From: Camelus ferus
Taxonomy: Eukaryota
Length of the DNA stretch: 64,000 nucleotides
Assembly: GCF_009834535.1 (NCBI RefSeq)
Contig: NC_045697.1
Coordinates: 81,160,001-81,224,000, forward strand
Direction: 5' to 3'
Shown here: piece after piece, positions 1-13,899 of the stretch
How the letters are laid out: each line of letters opens with the position of its first letter
Position numbering within the stretch: the stretch's first letter is position 1
Notes under the pieces: model-generated
Told to the model about the DNA's origin: nothing
The model's database searches: none
The model's input: the letters and a program-made list of their open reading frames with translations, nothing else
Made by a program: the position numbers and the translations under genes

Positions 1-2137
1 ACCAAGCTTGAAGACACTCTCAAACTCTAATTATTTGTTAAAACATAAAACAGCATTTCTCAATGCCAGACTCAATACGCGTGCGCCAAACTTAGGCAGC
101 TCATTACCTGTGGAATAAATCCATTTAATGACGTATCTATAGTGCAAGGAAAAAGGAGGTTTTAAATATAGTGATGTGTAAATCTTGATAGTAGGGAATT
201 GGATAAAAATAATGGAAAGCTAAGGATAATCCTTCAATGTGGGTAAAAGCACTGCCTGTCATAGTGACACAGGATAGTGTAATAAAAATGTGGCTACTCT
301 TCTGAGTCTTTAGTTGTGAGTCAAGTGATTGCTTTGTGTAGCATTTTACTTTGGCTGTCTTACGAGGTAGAAAGGATAAAGGGAAAAGAGAAAAATAAAA
401 TAAAAAATAAAGGCTTCATTTTATCTGTAAAATGAAACATCAACCCTCTCTAAACTGAGTGAAAATATTTCGAGACTGCCAATGCCAGAATAGTTTCCTT
501 GCTTTTCCCACTTGTATGACAAACACAGTGTCATTGCAAACTGTATGGATGTTAATATCCATAACCAGAATATCAAGTATAGTATCTTCAATAGGAATTT
601 AAAATCATTTTTAGAGCGTATATTCTTATTTAAAGGACATACTAAATACTTGGATATCATTTCTGTGCCTTTATAGTGTCTCTAAAAATGAAGTCATTTA
701 CAGAGTACTCGGATACATGGTTCATAGGAAAAATACATTGTTATAACAAATAGAGAAAGAAACAATAGCTTTGCAGCACAAGAAGAGATGTACCCCATTT
801 TAAGGCAGCTTGCCCTGTGCTCACGCCATAGCACAGAAATTTTCAAGATAAACATTAAATATTGGTAGTTAGTTTCCACTTTTGCCTCTGTGGCCCTGGC
901 AGTATGCCACTTTTCAGAATGAGTCCATTGTGTTTAAAAATATGTCCATTAGTTTGTTAAATTATTGATTAGGCTTTTAGTTCTCATAAAATTTGAAGAT
1001 AAATGGAATATAGGGGAAAGCATCTCCGGTGGCTTATCTGATGGGCTTTGGCGTTGGACTCATATTTTTCCTATAAAAGGCAATTTTATGTCTTTATTTA
1101 CTCTGAATATAGTCTGGAACCACACAAGAGATACTGAGTCAGACTAGGCTTAACATTACCAATTTGCATGCTGGTACACTTCTAGATTTAAATACCCATG
1201 ACATAATTTTTGTGCAATTATCAGAGACAGCTCAAGTACTGCCTTTTCAGTCCTGGGCAACTAATAACTTGATATAGGCATACATCTGTGGTCTCAGATG
1301 CCAAACGTAAATAATATTTGCCCAAACTTAATAGAATTATACTATTCTGCCACTCAGTCTAAAAACCCAACATTAGCTTGGTTGGAATTTACTGCTGAGA
1401 TATACCAAGTATCATATATTGAATGATTGGTTAGGGATTGCTCTTTTTTTAAATACATGATGTTGTTGAATCAATGTTAATCTATTGATATAACTTTACC
1501 AAGTAGTTTTATGTTCATTTTTGTTGTATTGTTTGATTAAATACTAAAAACTCATGCTAATTTTAGAGAAAAGGAAATGAAGATTCTAATTTTAGAGAGA
1601 AATGAAGATCAAAGGGTTAAAATGATCTATCTGAGATTACAGAGGGAACCCCAGCAAACCAGTGCTCAAAGTTGGGCATGGGAATTCAGAATCAGTGCTC
1701 TCTCACACCCACGGTTCTGCCGGAGGCTTTGGTAACAAGTTTATCTAATTTCTACTTTTTGCTTTTTCCTCCTTCTATCATTTTAATTAGCTGGTAGATT
1801 TTATTTGCAGGTTAAAACTAACATTTTTTGATATATTTTTCCTAGAATTGATCCAACATAAAGTTTTATTTACATATGAAAAAATTTTTTTGAAATGGAA
1901 AAAAAAAGAAGTCACTATTTTAATATTTTTCTCTCTATACACCTGTACATTTCAAATGATTATTGACTCAACATTTCAAGACAGTACATACTGACGAGAG
2001 AAATGGTTATTTCGTTTATGAAGATTACCATATTTCTTAATAGAAATGGAAAGTAACTCCAACCTTCTGATCTTAAAGAAACATGTTTGACTGATTGTAA
2101 CAGAAATTTCAAGACGTATTCCTCTAAGAACTATTCT

Positions 2138-2262
2138 TAGAAAGAGAAAGAGAAAGAGAAGGGGGAGAAGGAAGGGAAAAAGGAAAGAAGGAAGGGAGAG
2201 AGAAAAGAAGGCAGGTGAGCAGAAGGAAGAAAATAAAAGGAAGAAAGAGAAGCAAAGAAAAT
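2138..2262. repeat. Purine-rich (GA) low-complexity tract
   Basis: Almost pure A/G on the + strand, including (AGAAAG)n. Confidence 0.9.
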
Positions 2263-2759
2263 CTCCAACATCAACCATATCTCACCATCTGTAGGGCAGA
2301 TGGACAGGAAAAAGAATAGGTATGATTTAGTTCTCGTTTTTAAATCTCTACTGAGTAAACTCCAGCTATTGATTTAACAACTCAGGCTACTTGCCTAAGC
2401 AGAGGGAGCTTTTTTGTTCCATGTGACTTTCAATGTGGTTTCATGTAAGATATGCATCACCACAGGCATTTATTTATAATTAATTACTATTCTGAGTTGA
2501 TGTTTTAACATCCTATAACCTTGACTATTTAAAGGAAGAGTTTTCTTGGGTGTGTAATAAAACTAAACCTTTGTTTTTAAGTTGGAGCAGGTTTAATGAA
2601 GAAAACAATGCTAATCAAACATTTGAAGAAATAAAACAGATAGCAATTAAAATATTATCCTGGGGATCTTTATTGCATAAGTCAGAAAATATAGAGAAAT
2701 GAGTTTGGGTTGTTGTTATAACTCACACTGGTTTGGTTTGCACAAGGTGGGACAGTACC

Positions 2760-2965
2760 AACATGAAATTTGGAAACAGAATGCCTAGGTTTGGGAACTG
2801 TCTTTATCTTATTATATCGATTAATTTCTCGGAATCCCAGACTTCTCTCCTCCAAATGAAAACAATAACTTAAGTTTACAGTTCTGTGTGATTCTCAAAT
2901 GGGTTGGGGTATTCCAAAACATTTTGTAAAATGAAAAGCTCTGTATAAAATTTATCATCATTATG
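2760..2965 (+). mobile_element. Degraded MIR
   Basis: 'cagaatgcctaggtttggga', 'ttaatttctcggaatcccagacttctc', 'ttgtaaaatgaaaagctctgtataaa'. Confidence 0.55.
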
Positions 2966-3429
2966 CATATTCAGTTAAGGTAACTACGGTGTAGTTAACA
3001 CATCAAATATAATTTTAAATTGGTGGATTCATGTCTCAGACGTAATCATATCTTTTGTAAGTGAAGTTGGTGTCTCTTTGCTCTGCTGAAATCTCTGGAT
3101 ATACCATGCTTCTGATAATTACTGTGATTCCTAGTCAAACCAGAAAATGTTGGATATGTGTATACCAGAGTAAAAATCACTGGGTTTGATACCTAATACA
3201 TGAAGCTCTTTTATAGTCTTCATGTAATTTCTTAATAAATGCAAGTTTTATCTCCCAGAATCACCTCTGACAGCTGCAGTTAAAAAATCAATAGAGGAGG
3301 AGATTGTTAAATGGAATCCTTTGTTTCATTTCAAAAAGCGCAATAAGGAGATTTTACAAACAGACAGTACTCAAGAGGAGTAGCAATGTGAGCTGATGTC
3401 TGCTTTGTCCCCCACCACGCACCCTAAGT

Positions 3430-3640
3430 CAAAGAGTACCCCCGCCCTCTGCCTTGACCTTCAGGGCACTCACTGCCTGATACATTATGTATTTGGTTAT
3501 TTCTTGTCCCTTCCTTCACTCCCGTGTTAGAATGTAAGCTCCTTGGGTCCAGCTATTCTACTGCTGCTACATCCTCAGTGCTAGTAAGATGTCTGGCAGT
3601 ACTAGGTGCACAGGAAATGTTTATTGAATAAACACATGAA
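3430..3640 (+). mobile_element. L2 3' end
   Basis: 'ttagaatgtaagctccttggg...tcctcagtgctagtaagatgtctggcagtactaggtgcacaggaaatgtttattgaataa'. Confidence 0.75.
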
Positions 3641-4994
3641 TCCTGGGTAACATACATTTCTCTTGCTAGCAAAAAATATGAAATAATTTAATTGCTTTCT
3701 AATTATTCCCCAGATTGCAAAGACGTGAGGGGAAAAATAAAACACTCTAGCCTAAATCCCTGAAAACAGCTGGCATTTAACGGGGTATGATGAATCGCTA
3801 AATTACATTTTTTATTTGTGTTCTCCATTTCCACGATCAGACTAAATGCAACAGAAGTTCCATTCTGCGTCTGATTATTTACCAGTGCCCCAGTTTTTCA
3901 GTCATAATATTTGGTTAGTGAATTATTAACAAATCAGAACTGTTTTGATTCAAGACCAACTAGAGTGTAAACACTCATCTTCCCGAATAAAGAAGTTGGG
4001 CAGTGACTTCGTGAAAGCAGCCGTAAATAGGGCAGCTGTTCTAACAGAGAACAGAAGGCCTCTGCTCTATTTCAGTGAGCCAGAGCCTGACTCTCCATTT
4101 TTCTTGTACATTAATAGAAGCCTATGTCATTAAAAGGCAACACATGCTCACGACCATATCACTATTGCATATAATTGTGTTTTGTATTCCTTTAACAGTC
4201 AAGTCAGAACTGAGGTTTTAGATGTTGCCTTAATTGCCTTTTAGGATGCCCTGATTTTGAACAAAAATCTACCATTTTTACACAAAGAGACACAAACAAC
4301 CAAAGCTGCTATGCATCTGAGCTACTTAGCATTACTCTCTTTTCAAGGGATCAAATCTCCTTTCTAACCATGTTGCAATGATGCCACGTAAAAGTCACCG
4401 AAGTGCAAATTCATAACCCCAGGAATAATCATGGGTACTTCAGCTCCTCGGCAGAGAAAACATGTCCATTAGTGGTCGGTGTAAGTTGCACTTAAAGCCT
4501 CAGAGTTCAACAGCTTTCAGGGGAAAAAAGGTAATTTTTATTTAGTCAACCAATTAATATTTATTTATTAAATGCCTACTAATAGGCAGTCTATTAGGAA
4601 CTAGAAAGATAATCATGAATAAATTACGAATAGTTTTTGCCTGAAGGAGCTTCAGGTTAGGGGCAATATAGAAAAGAACATAGCAGATGACGCTACAATG
4701 TGATGTGGAAGTTCCCCGCTTTGTGATATCACACAGGTGGGTTGGGCAGTGATCTCAGACTTGTGGAAGGCTTTTTGAAAAAAAGGGAGCAGACAGTTGA
4801 ATTCTTCCAGATTTGGGGACTGCCAGATTTATGGAACGGAAGAAAAGTGGGACAAAGGATTTCTTAGTGATAATTGGCAGACAGAGATTGAAATTATCCC
4901 AATGTGCTTTCTGTAAATTAACAACATTTTCAATCTTTTAAAATATATTTTTATACTTTAAGCCACTCACTGTATAGTTACAGAATGTCCTAAG

Positions 4995-5560
4995 GAATGG
5001 GAGGCAGGAATTGTGAATACTCTGTTACAAAGTATCTGCACTACATATGAAGCAGCTTATAGTGTTATTTGAAAGTAGTCTCGGGTTAGTTAAAAATGTA
5101 TATTGTAAAGTCTAGGGCCATCACAGAAAATTTTTAAAAGTATAATTGATATGCTGAAAGAGGAAATAAAATGGAGTCATTTAAAATGTTCAGTTAAAAC
5201 CAGTGAAGACAAAAAAAGAAAGGGAGGGAAGAGGAAATGCAACAAAAAGAAAACAGTTATAACATGGTAGATACTAACCAACAATATCAATAATCACATT
5301 AATTGTAAATGTTATAAATACACCAATTAAAAGATACAGATTGCAAGAATGGATTAAAAAAACCAAGATCCAACTATATGTTGTCTACAAGAAACCAAGT
5401 TAAGTCGATATAACTCAACTAAGTTAAAAGTAAAAGGATGGACAGAGATCTGCCATGCTGACATGAAACAAGTTAGAGTACCTATATTTTATTTTAGAAA
5501 AGCTGGCTCCAGAACAAGAAGGAGTTGTTCATGGATAAAGAAGAGCACATACACTGCCAA
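4995..5560 (+). mobile_element. Old L1 (L1M-type) fragment covering the start of ORF2 (endonuclease domain)
   Basis: From 5281 translates to TISIITLIVNVINTPIKRYRLQEWIKK, then QDPTICCLQET after a frameshift, and KVKGW; these are L1 APE endonuclease motifs. Confidence 0.9.
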
Positions 5561-5577
5561 GAACAGACACCAGACTT

Positions 5578-5680
5578 TGCACACTCACACATATACTCAC
5601 ACCCACATGTGCAGGTACACTCATGCACACACCCATGCACTTGCACATCCATACATACACTTGTGTGCACACCCCCACCA
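5578..5680. repeat. Degenerate (CA)n-like alternating purine-pyrimidine tract
   Basis: cacactcacacatatactcacacccacatgtgcagg... read directly. Confidence 0.8.
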
Positions 5681-8600
5681 ACTCCAAGCTACTAGGGAGA
5701 CAAGCAGACATAGCATTGGGAGAAGGAAAACACTTTGGGTTTAAAATCACAACTTTTAAGTTAAAACATTTATAATGTTCTGATAAATGTGGCTAAAGAG
5801 TTATGGATTCTGGCTAAGCTCTTCTTATGGAATCCTCTACCTTACAGGAAGCAGAGTTCTATGTAGCACAGGCAAGTTTCAATAAACGTGTTATATAATC
5901 ATGTTTTCCAACACTAGTTCTCTAATAGTTCACTATAATATGGTACCTTTAAAAATTATTTTATCTAAACATTTTAACAAAGGTAATGCTTATATTTATT
6001 TTAAAACTTGTTTTAACATGGGTTAAATCAATATCCATTTATAATATTGATTTGAATTAACTTTTAAGGGGTATTCGTTCCTCATTTAAAAGTATTTGTG
6101 TTTTTTTTCTTTTTTTTGCCCTTGTTGTCTTTTAGTAAAGAAGCCACATAAAGGATATAAATGTTTCTCCAGCTTATGTTAAACAAAGAGTATTAGAATA
6201 AATCCTCCATTGAAACATTGTGATTGACAAATAATATCAACAATACGTAGTGTGATATTAAAAATAGGAGGACTAAAATTTTGATTAAAGTGAGCCAGGT
6301 GACTAAAATGAGTTTGGTTTGGGGGCTGACCCTATTGTGTGACAGTCATCTCAGTGAACTGTGACCTTTGCGGTTTTGCAATGATCATGTAAGAAGATAA
6401 AATTCTATCTCTCCCTTTCACCATTTCCCGCCTCTGTCTGTCTTTTTCCTACTTTCTACTCTGTGTTGTATACTGATACAGCTATGGGTTTTGCTGGCCT
6501 CAGTCTTTTTACTGAACTAGCAAAATGTTCTGTAATTTCCAAGCTGTCAAAGTCTGATCTTCATGCCAGCAGGCTATAATTTTAAATATAAGAATAGCAT
6601 CATGAACAAAAACATTCCTGTCAGATGTCCATTTCTCAGTCCAAAACAGCTCCATCCTTGCTTATCTGTCACAGCAGTTCTTTGAGATTTGAGTGTTTAA
6701 CATGTGTCATCTCTGACAGTCTACCATTACAGATTACAGTCTGCTATTATAGATTAAAAAGTATGTAGTCCACTCTGCTGTTGGAGCTCCTGGAACACTT
6801 GGATCTGGTAACTCAACAAACAGCTGCAGTAACACAAAAGGATTGCTGAAACAGAGACTTTGGACTGACAGAGTGCTAATTTTAATGATAACAAACTGTC
6901 TCAGAATTCAACACTTTTCATATTCATGACCCTTCTGCTCCTGATAAAAAGCAATTTACATACCTGAAAATTGTTCCCGTGCTTTAATTGGTACTTGTAT
7001 AGCTATCGTGTGTTTTTATTTTAGTCCATCTGATGTAAGCATTAAGTGTTTTCTCGGTAGTATTTCTTCAATGAAAGGTCAAAGAGGCAACATTCAAATA
7101 GAATTTTTTCTCTTCTGCGTTACCATAGCACTTTGAATATGGCTTTTTGCTATCGTTTACTGTATTTTAATAATCAATCATTCTTTCCAACTGGTTGTGA
7201 GCACATCTGGAGCAGGGATAAATTTTATACATTTCTTTATCTTAGACTCTGCACAGTTCCTGGTGTAAGAACAGGAAACACTCTCAAATGAATGTAGGGG
7301 CCAACAATTAAATTATAATAAAACATCTTGGATTTTAAATTTAGAAAAGCAAAAGAAAAACAAAAGAAGATGTACATGATAGAAAGCTCGAACTCATGTT
7401 CAAGGCAATAGGGAGTATGGTTTCAGTACTGATTTGGCAAACTCAAGCTTTGCTCGCTACGCTCTAGTAGATAGCCATGCTGATATACTTACATTTTTAA
7501 ATAATAGTGAACAATAGACCTCCCAAACAAAACAGGTCTATGAATTGAACTTAGGTCACTGGTTGACAGTTTTTTAAACTTTGAAGAAGGTACTCAATCA
7601 GTATATAAATAGCTAAAAGCAGGGCATCAAAAATTATGTATTTTCATGTTCCACTCATTTTGTAACATGATTTCATTAAATAGTTGTTCATATTTTAAAA
7701 TGTATCATTCATTAAAATATATGCATTTATATTAATTAATAAAACTAATAACAATTCTACTGATAATGAGTTTAAAGTTATAAATAAAATAAAATACAGT
7801 ACAATTTCTTTTTATATCTATATAAATTGGTAAATCAAGAGCACAAAGAGATGGTTTTCAAATTGTGCATTACAAATTTGAAAAGTTGCTTTTCCTTTAA
7901 TTTAAATATTTTAAGCCATCATATATTGATCAAACAACCTTTCACTTATCTCTTCATGAATTTCTAAATCTCAGTGATGGGATCCATGTGGTACACTCAG
8001 CAGCTATGTAAGACTGTTACAAATAAACTGAAATTGTCATTAAGTTATCTAAAAGCAAACCTCAACTATTTTTCCTTTAAACATTTGTATTGAAATTTAG
8101 AAAATCATGAAGAGATAAGTGAAAGATTGCTTGAACAATATATGGCAACATAAAATATTTAAAGAAAAGGAAAAACTACTTTTAAAATTCTGCAAGCACT
8201 GATGCAATCTGAAATTTTGTGCTTTCAAAATTATTATTAGTAAGTAATACTTATATCTTCATGAGATCACTGTTTAATAGGGAAACAGCAGGTGTAAAAA
8301 GAGAGCATTGGACAATTCCAGCACTTGTCCTAGTTTCATGGAGCTATACTTACTTGGGACCATTGACAATTATGATGCAGAATAAAATATAATTCAATGA
8401 AAATGTCAACAGAGGAAGTAATGTTAAATTATGGAAACAAGCAATGCAAACATATTATAAGGGATATGGATGAACACAATAGGTAGCATTTGCTTTGAAA
8501 ACAGACGGGAGGTCTTCAGCGGGTTGGTGCGGTCCAGGAAGAATTCATGAAATAGGAGGGACTTCAATTAGACTTTGAGTATCAGTGAATTTTGACTACC

Positions 8601-8689
8601 TCAAGAAGAAAGTGCTTAGTATTATTTCACCTTGCATAGGAAGGAGAGCATGAAAATGGGACACAAAGGGCACACTGGGGAATAGTAAG

Positions 8690-9045
8690 TTTTACAAGCT
8701 GATTGTGCCCCCCTAAAATTCATATGCTGAAGCCCTAAATCCCAGTCCCTCAAGAATGTGGCTGTAATTGGAGATAGAGCCTTTAAAAAATGTGATTACG
8801 TTAAAATGTGGCCCTTAGGATGGGCCCTAATCCTATCTAACTGGTGTTATTATAAGAAGAAGGTGATACCAAGGATGCATGAACATAGAGCAAGCACCAT
8901 GCGAGGGCACAGCATGACAGTGGCCATCTGCAAGCCAAGGAGGGGAGAGCATGGACTTCTAGTCTGCAGAACTTGAGAAAATAATTTCTGTTTAAACCAC
9001 CTCAACTGTGGTATTTTGTTATGACAGCCTTAGCAAACTAACACA
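8690..9045 (+). mobile_element. MaLR solo LTR (MLT1B/C-like)
   Basis: Begins 'ttgtgccccctaaaattcatatgctgaagcccta', ends 'gtggtattttgttatgacagccttagcaaactaacaca'. 5-bp TSD-like flanks gtaag (8685-8689) and gtgag (9046-9050). Confidence 0.9.
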
Positions 9046-12000
9046 GTGAGCATGCCATCTTAGCAGTAGTAGAGGATTTATCCAGAGGAGCAGTGAGATA
9101 TAGTCCAGGAAAGCTTACGGGAAGACGGAGATCATTGAGTCAATCAGCATTGAGAAAGATATTTATAGGGTGATAAGTGAAGGGATGGGTGGCATATGGG
9201 GGCTTGTTTCACTGTCTTACGTAATAGAGAAGTATCAGTCTATGCAGCTCTCCTATTGCATTCTTGGAATCAAACAAGGAACTGCATGTACATCAAATTC
9301 TTCAGAACATAGAGGCAGGTCCCCAGATGGATTGAGGAACTCTTTAGATGGACACAGAAAACACTTTCTTGTAGCTGTTTACTGTTTTCCTGCAAGTAAC
9401 TCTCCACGATGTGTGAAGATTTTACATGGCCAATTCTTGGTAAAGAGAAATAAATATTTGTGACATAAGTGATCAGGTTGTGGACCTAAACAGTGGAGCA
9501 GGTTGTGCACTATGGAGTATTGCCTAATTTGTCAAGTATTACAAACCTCTTAAATTTTTATGTTTACAGTTTATGGTTTTGCTCATTAGCATGCCTCTTT
9601 TGGTAGAGCTAATCATTTTTGGTGGGAAAAATTGATTTCTCTTACTCTTAGATACCATCTACTGCTTTATTCGACAAGAAAATGGGATGAGTGAACGAAA
9701 TCCAGCAGCTTACCTGGCTCTGGGTTTCCACCTCTCCTTATCTCCTGCCTGCTTGTTGGCAAATAACAAACAAGTTTTAAATATTTTTATAGGAGTACAG
9801 ATGGCTTAGATTTATGAACCCCTTGCAAATAAAGGAACTCACAGAAGGACTGAGAAAACCAGAAAAGATAAGAAAAAGTCACCCGTTTTTGTGAGTATGT
9901 GGTATCATCTATCAGATAGCTCTACATAGTTGCTTTTTAAGAGGTGCATAATAGCAATGAATCCATTGTGAATTACACTCAGAAAATGACGGCACAGCGA
10001 CGAGGCGAATGTGAAACCAAGTATTCCTAAACGTGCTGAAGTTTTTTTCTCAAAGAATCTGAATTCAAAATCAGTTTCTATAGGGGAAACCAGGTTATTT
10101 ATGAATAAAGGCTCTTCAGAATATCTGGGTCTAACTTGGTATTCCTTAATGAGCAGCAGCAAGCTCTTTGATTGCTGTAAATATTAGTTTACTTCAAAAA
10201 TTAAGTCTGATTTTTAATGTACATAAAGAAACTAGATAAACAGAAATTAGAAAATATTGTGACAGCGGAATCTGGATTGTTTTAAGGATCATGCAGGAGA
10301 AGATTTCAAACCTGAACAAGAAAGATTTCTGTGCTTAAGTGAGAATTGTTTAGGGAAATGTCTGCCTGGACACACACCTGCAAGGTTTAGTGCTGAGTTT
10401 TAGATTAAGGGTAAATTGACATTCAGCTGCAGCTATTCAGACGAGCCTCTGTGATTAAGACTTACAAGCATCTCCCATCTGTTTGTTGGCACAAAAATAA
10501 ACAGGCATCCATGTGTAGATCTACTTAATAATTATTCGATGAAATCCCAAACTACTTAGCTAAAGGTAACCTGGCATTTAAAATCCCTGAAATGTTAGAT
10601 AATATCTTTCTTTTCTCACCTGGAGTACATTCAATTCATTTAGTAAAATAATGACATTTTCTCCATGCAATTTAACTTTTCATCTTTTGGACGGCAGGTG
10701 AGCAAGGGACACTGATGTTTTAGTCAGGGATTTTCTACTTGCTGTCACTAGGTAATCTCAGATTTCCTTGATTGCCTTCATTATAGTAAAAAGGGAGGTA
10801 GATTCTTCTCATATGATTGGTTGTCTGGGTCCTAGTAAGCCTTCTATTGAAGTTTGCATATTGATACTGCTGCTCTTTCCCGGATTCATGACTGCTAGCA
10901 CGCATCTTGAATGTAACAACACTCTCCTACAAGTGATGGAAATTCCAGGGAGAAATAATACACCTGAGAAGTAGAATCAGTTCAGTTTCAAGCTACCCAT
11001 TCACTAAGGCTCAAGCTTAAAAGCATTTATTTGCCCAGTCACTGATTCAGAGGATAAATGAGGCTTAAAAATGTCTAATCACTGGTACTTAGTAAGTAGC
11101 ACTCACACTCTAGTCTTTGCAACAGCCTTTTAGTGTTCACTTAACTGACGAAGAAGCTAAACCCAGAGAGCTTACATAACCTACTCACAAGAACACAAAT
11201 CGGGGTTAAAACACAGAAAGTTTACGACTCTCAAATCCGCTTAAACAGTTTTCTATGTGCGACGTATCTTTTTTTCTTTTTTTGTCTAATCTATAATTTT
11301 CTTTTTACATCTGATAAAAATTTCCTCTTTAACCATCTTTAATGTTGTTGGCCTTGTTACTACTTTCCTGATCAGTGAGTAGCCCTTGACTCTGGCCCTA
11401 AGAAAACCAGTCAGTCAGTCACTGTGTCTTTTGAAGAGCTCATGACAGTGTAGCTATTGGATCTTACATCTCATATTCATTCTGATTTTTTTTTTCTCAT
11501 TCTACGTTTTTGATACTTTGGGGGATCAAAACCACTAATTAATTCTATTTTAGATTTAGTTTCCTTTAGTTCATTTCTTTTCTTTCTTTCTTTTTTCTTT
11601 TTTTGAATGTCATTTTCACCTCCAGGTTCTCATACACACATCTCTGCTGAGCTGTCCTGTCCTCACATTTAACATTTAGGTATGCTGGATATTATCATAC
11701 TTTCTTAAATAACTTTCTTCATGATATAAAATATGCACATCTACATTTTCAAATCAACTTTCATAGATTTTTATATCTCAAAAAAGCACTTGTGTTTGAG
11801 CAAAAGAAGAGCTACCCTCTTTGCCACAAAATTGAATACTTCAATTTGCAGTCCTTTCTTTGGAAAATGGGGGTATTTCTTCAGATTGCCTTTGCAATTT
11901 ATTTATAAGTGGCTCGTTTTAGTACATTTTATATTACATGGATTTTGATCCCATTCATTTTAGACAGGTGATGAATACACAGATTATATCACTGGTTATT

Positions 12001-12339
12001 GCTTATCAAGTATTAAGAAGTCGAAGAAGGGAGTAGGCTGAAGATAACCTTGAAGAATATACTAAGTCAAGAAATAAGAAGCACATGCTCGTAAACCCTA
12101 TGCTGAATGTGATATCTGGCAGAGATAATAAAACTGGTGTTCACATTAGGTAATAAAGTATTTGAAGTTAAGCCATACTAGGAACAAAGCACAAAACTCA
12201 AGAGAGGTGCAGCAAAACTGATAATCCTCACAGAGGTTTACAAAGACCTTTAGAAAATGTCAAAGCAAGCATCAATTATAAACTTCTTTTAAAAAATGTT
12301 CTGTGCTGTCTCCAAATGGAACAGCTGCAACTTCCAGGG

Positions 12340-12545
12340 AGGTAGACTTGGATGAGAAAAATGCACAGAACTTGATATCAGATGCTTTCATATATAACTT
12401 CTGACTTCATCATTTTCTAGCTGTTGACCTTGGGGAATTTATTTTTCTTCTTAGAACCTCAGTCACTACATCTGCAAACTGGGGATATGATACCCACATC
12501 ATAAGGTAGTTGTGAGAAGAGTACTTGGTTCATAGTGAACACAAA
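12340..12545 (+). mobile_element. MIR
   Basis: 'ctagctgttgaccttgggga...aacctcagtcactacatctgcaaactggggatatgatacc...gttgtgagaa'. Confidence 0.75.
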
Positions 12546-12875
12546 ACTGTGTTTTTGAACATACAGTGAAAGTACAACGATGACAGAGGTGGATCTTAAG
12601 AATCTTGGTACCTTTCTCAAGCTGTTCTTTGGAAACTCCAGTGCTGTATATCACCCCAAATCATTTGCTGTTTATCCACTGATAGTTCCTTTAATTACTG
12701 TAAAGCAAATATATGAATTCTGAATCATTAAAAATAGAAATTCTGCCTTCTTTCTAAAGTCTCTTGATATGCCTTTTTTGGGAGCCTACATTTGCACCAT
12801 TTTCCAAGCTATAGTTTGGGGGTCAGAATATTTACAAATCTAATACAGTGTACTGGGAAGATCACAAGTCAGAGT

Positions 12876-13480
12876 GTTAGGCAGTTAGATAGAAATGAGC
12901 ACTGGGCAAGGGAGGGGAAGGGGAAAGGAACAACCTAGAAAATAACAGTATGTCTGCATTCAGGATAACGGACTCTAGAAACTTTTACTTTCTCTAAATG
13001 AGGGCCAGCAAAAGAAGCCAGCTAAAATCAAAACTCTGCAGCTGCGCATAACAGAAGGACCTGGAGTAACTTGATCCAATGCTTATTATAATATAATTAA
13101 CATTACAGTTTTAGCGCCCTCCCATGGGTTTCTCTGAAGAACTTGCCCAAAAGGGGATGGGCGTGCCAGAGGAACCTGAGCTGTCAATCAGCCTGATCAC
13201 TCAAAGAACCTGAGCCCTTAATCAATCAATCAATCAATCAATCAATCACAAAAACGCCCCTAAGCCAGGATATAAGATGGAAAAACAAAGGAGCAGGGCC
13301 ATTTTTCCTCTCTTGGATTGGTCTGCTCCCAGTTCTCTGGAGTGTACTATCTTTTACTACCTTTACACTTTACTAATGAAAATCTTGCTTATATCACGCT
13401 TTCTGTCTCTTGTTAAAAATTCTTTTTTTTTTCAGGTGACTAAGAACCGAGGTAATTCTTATTTCCCTTTTACCGCAAGA
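12876..13480 (+). mobile_element. Putative ERV1-class solo LTR
   Basis: Starts TGTTAGG. Direct repeats GAACCTGAGC (13172-13181, 13206-13215) followed by CAATCA motifs, TATA-like 'gatataag' near 13270, pyrimidine-rich R-like segment, poly(A)-signal-like 'taatgaaa' near 13374, U5-like 'aattcttttt...aagaacc'. No clear TSD. Confidence 0.6.
13220..13247. repeat. (AATC)7 microsatellite inside the LTR
   Basis: Directly read. Confidence 0.95.
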
Positions 13481-13899
13481 ATATAAAGTAAATGTTAGAG
13501 GAACTTTAAGTAAATAAAGCAGGAAGTCAGGGGCATTCTGATAAAACTTCATTAACACACAAAGCCTTGCCTATAGGTTCACCTCACAAGTAATGAGACA
13601 ATGACTCATTACGGGAAATGCGCTGGGAGAAGCCCTGGAAACACCTTTTCCTCAAGAGTCATCACCACCTATATGTTTTCACTAAAATTATAGAGGTTGA
13701 CTACAATGCAGAAGCTTTTCCCCAACAAGAATAACAGCTATTATTCCTATCTCAGTATAAGAAGCAGTGCTAAGAGATAGTTAAGGATTCCTGCAACTTC
13801 TTTCTTGGTATCTTCAAACAACTTTAACTTCCTTTTTTTTTTTTTGGCATGAGAACCTTTTAATTAATTAATTACTTAATTGAAGTACAGTAGTGTCAA

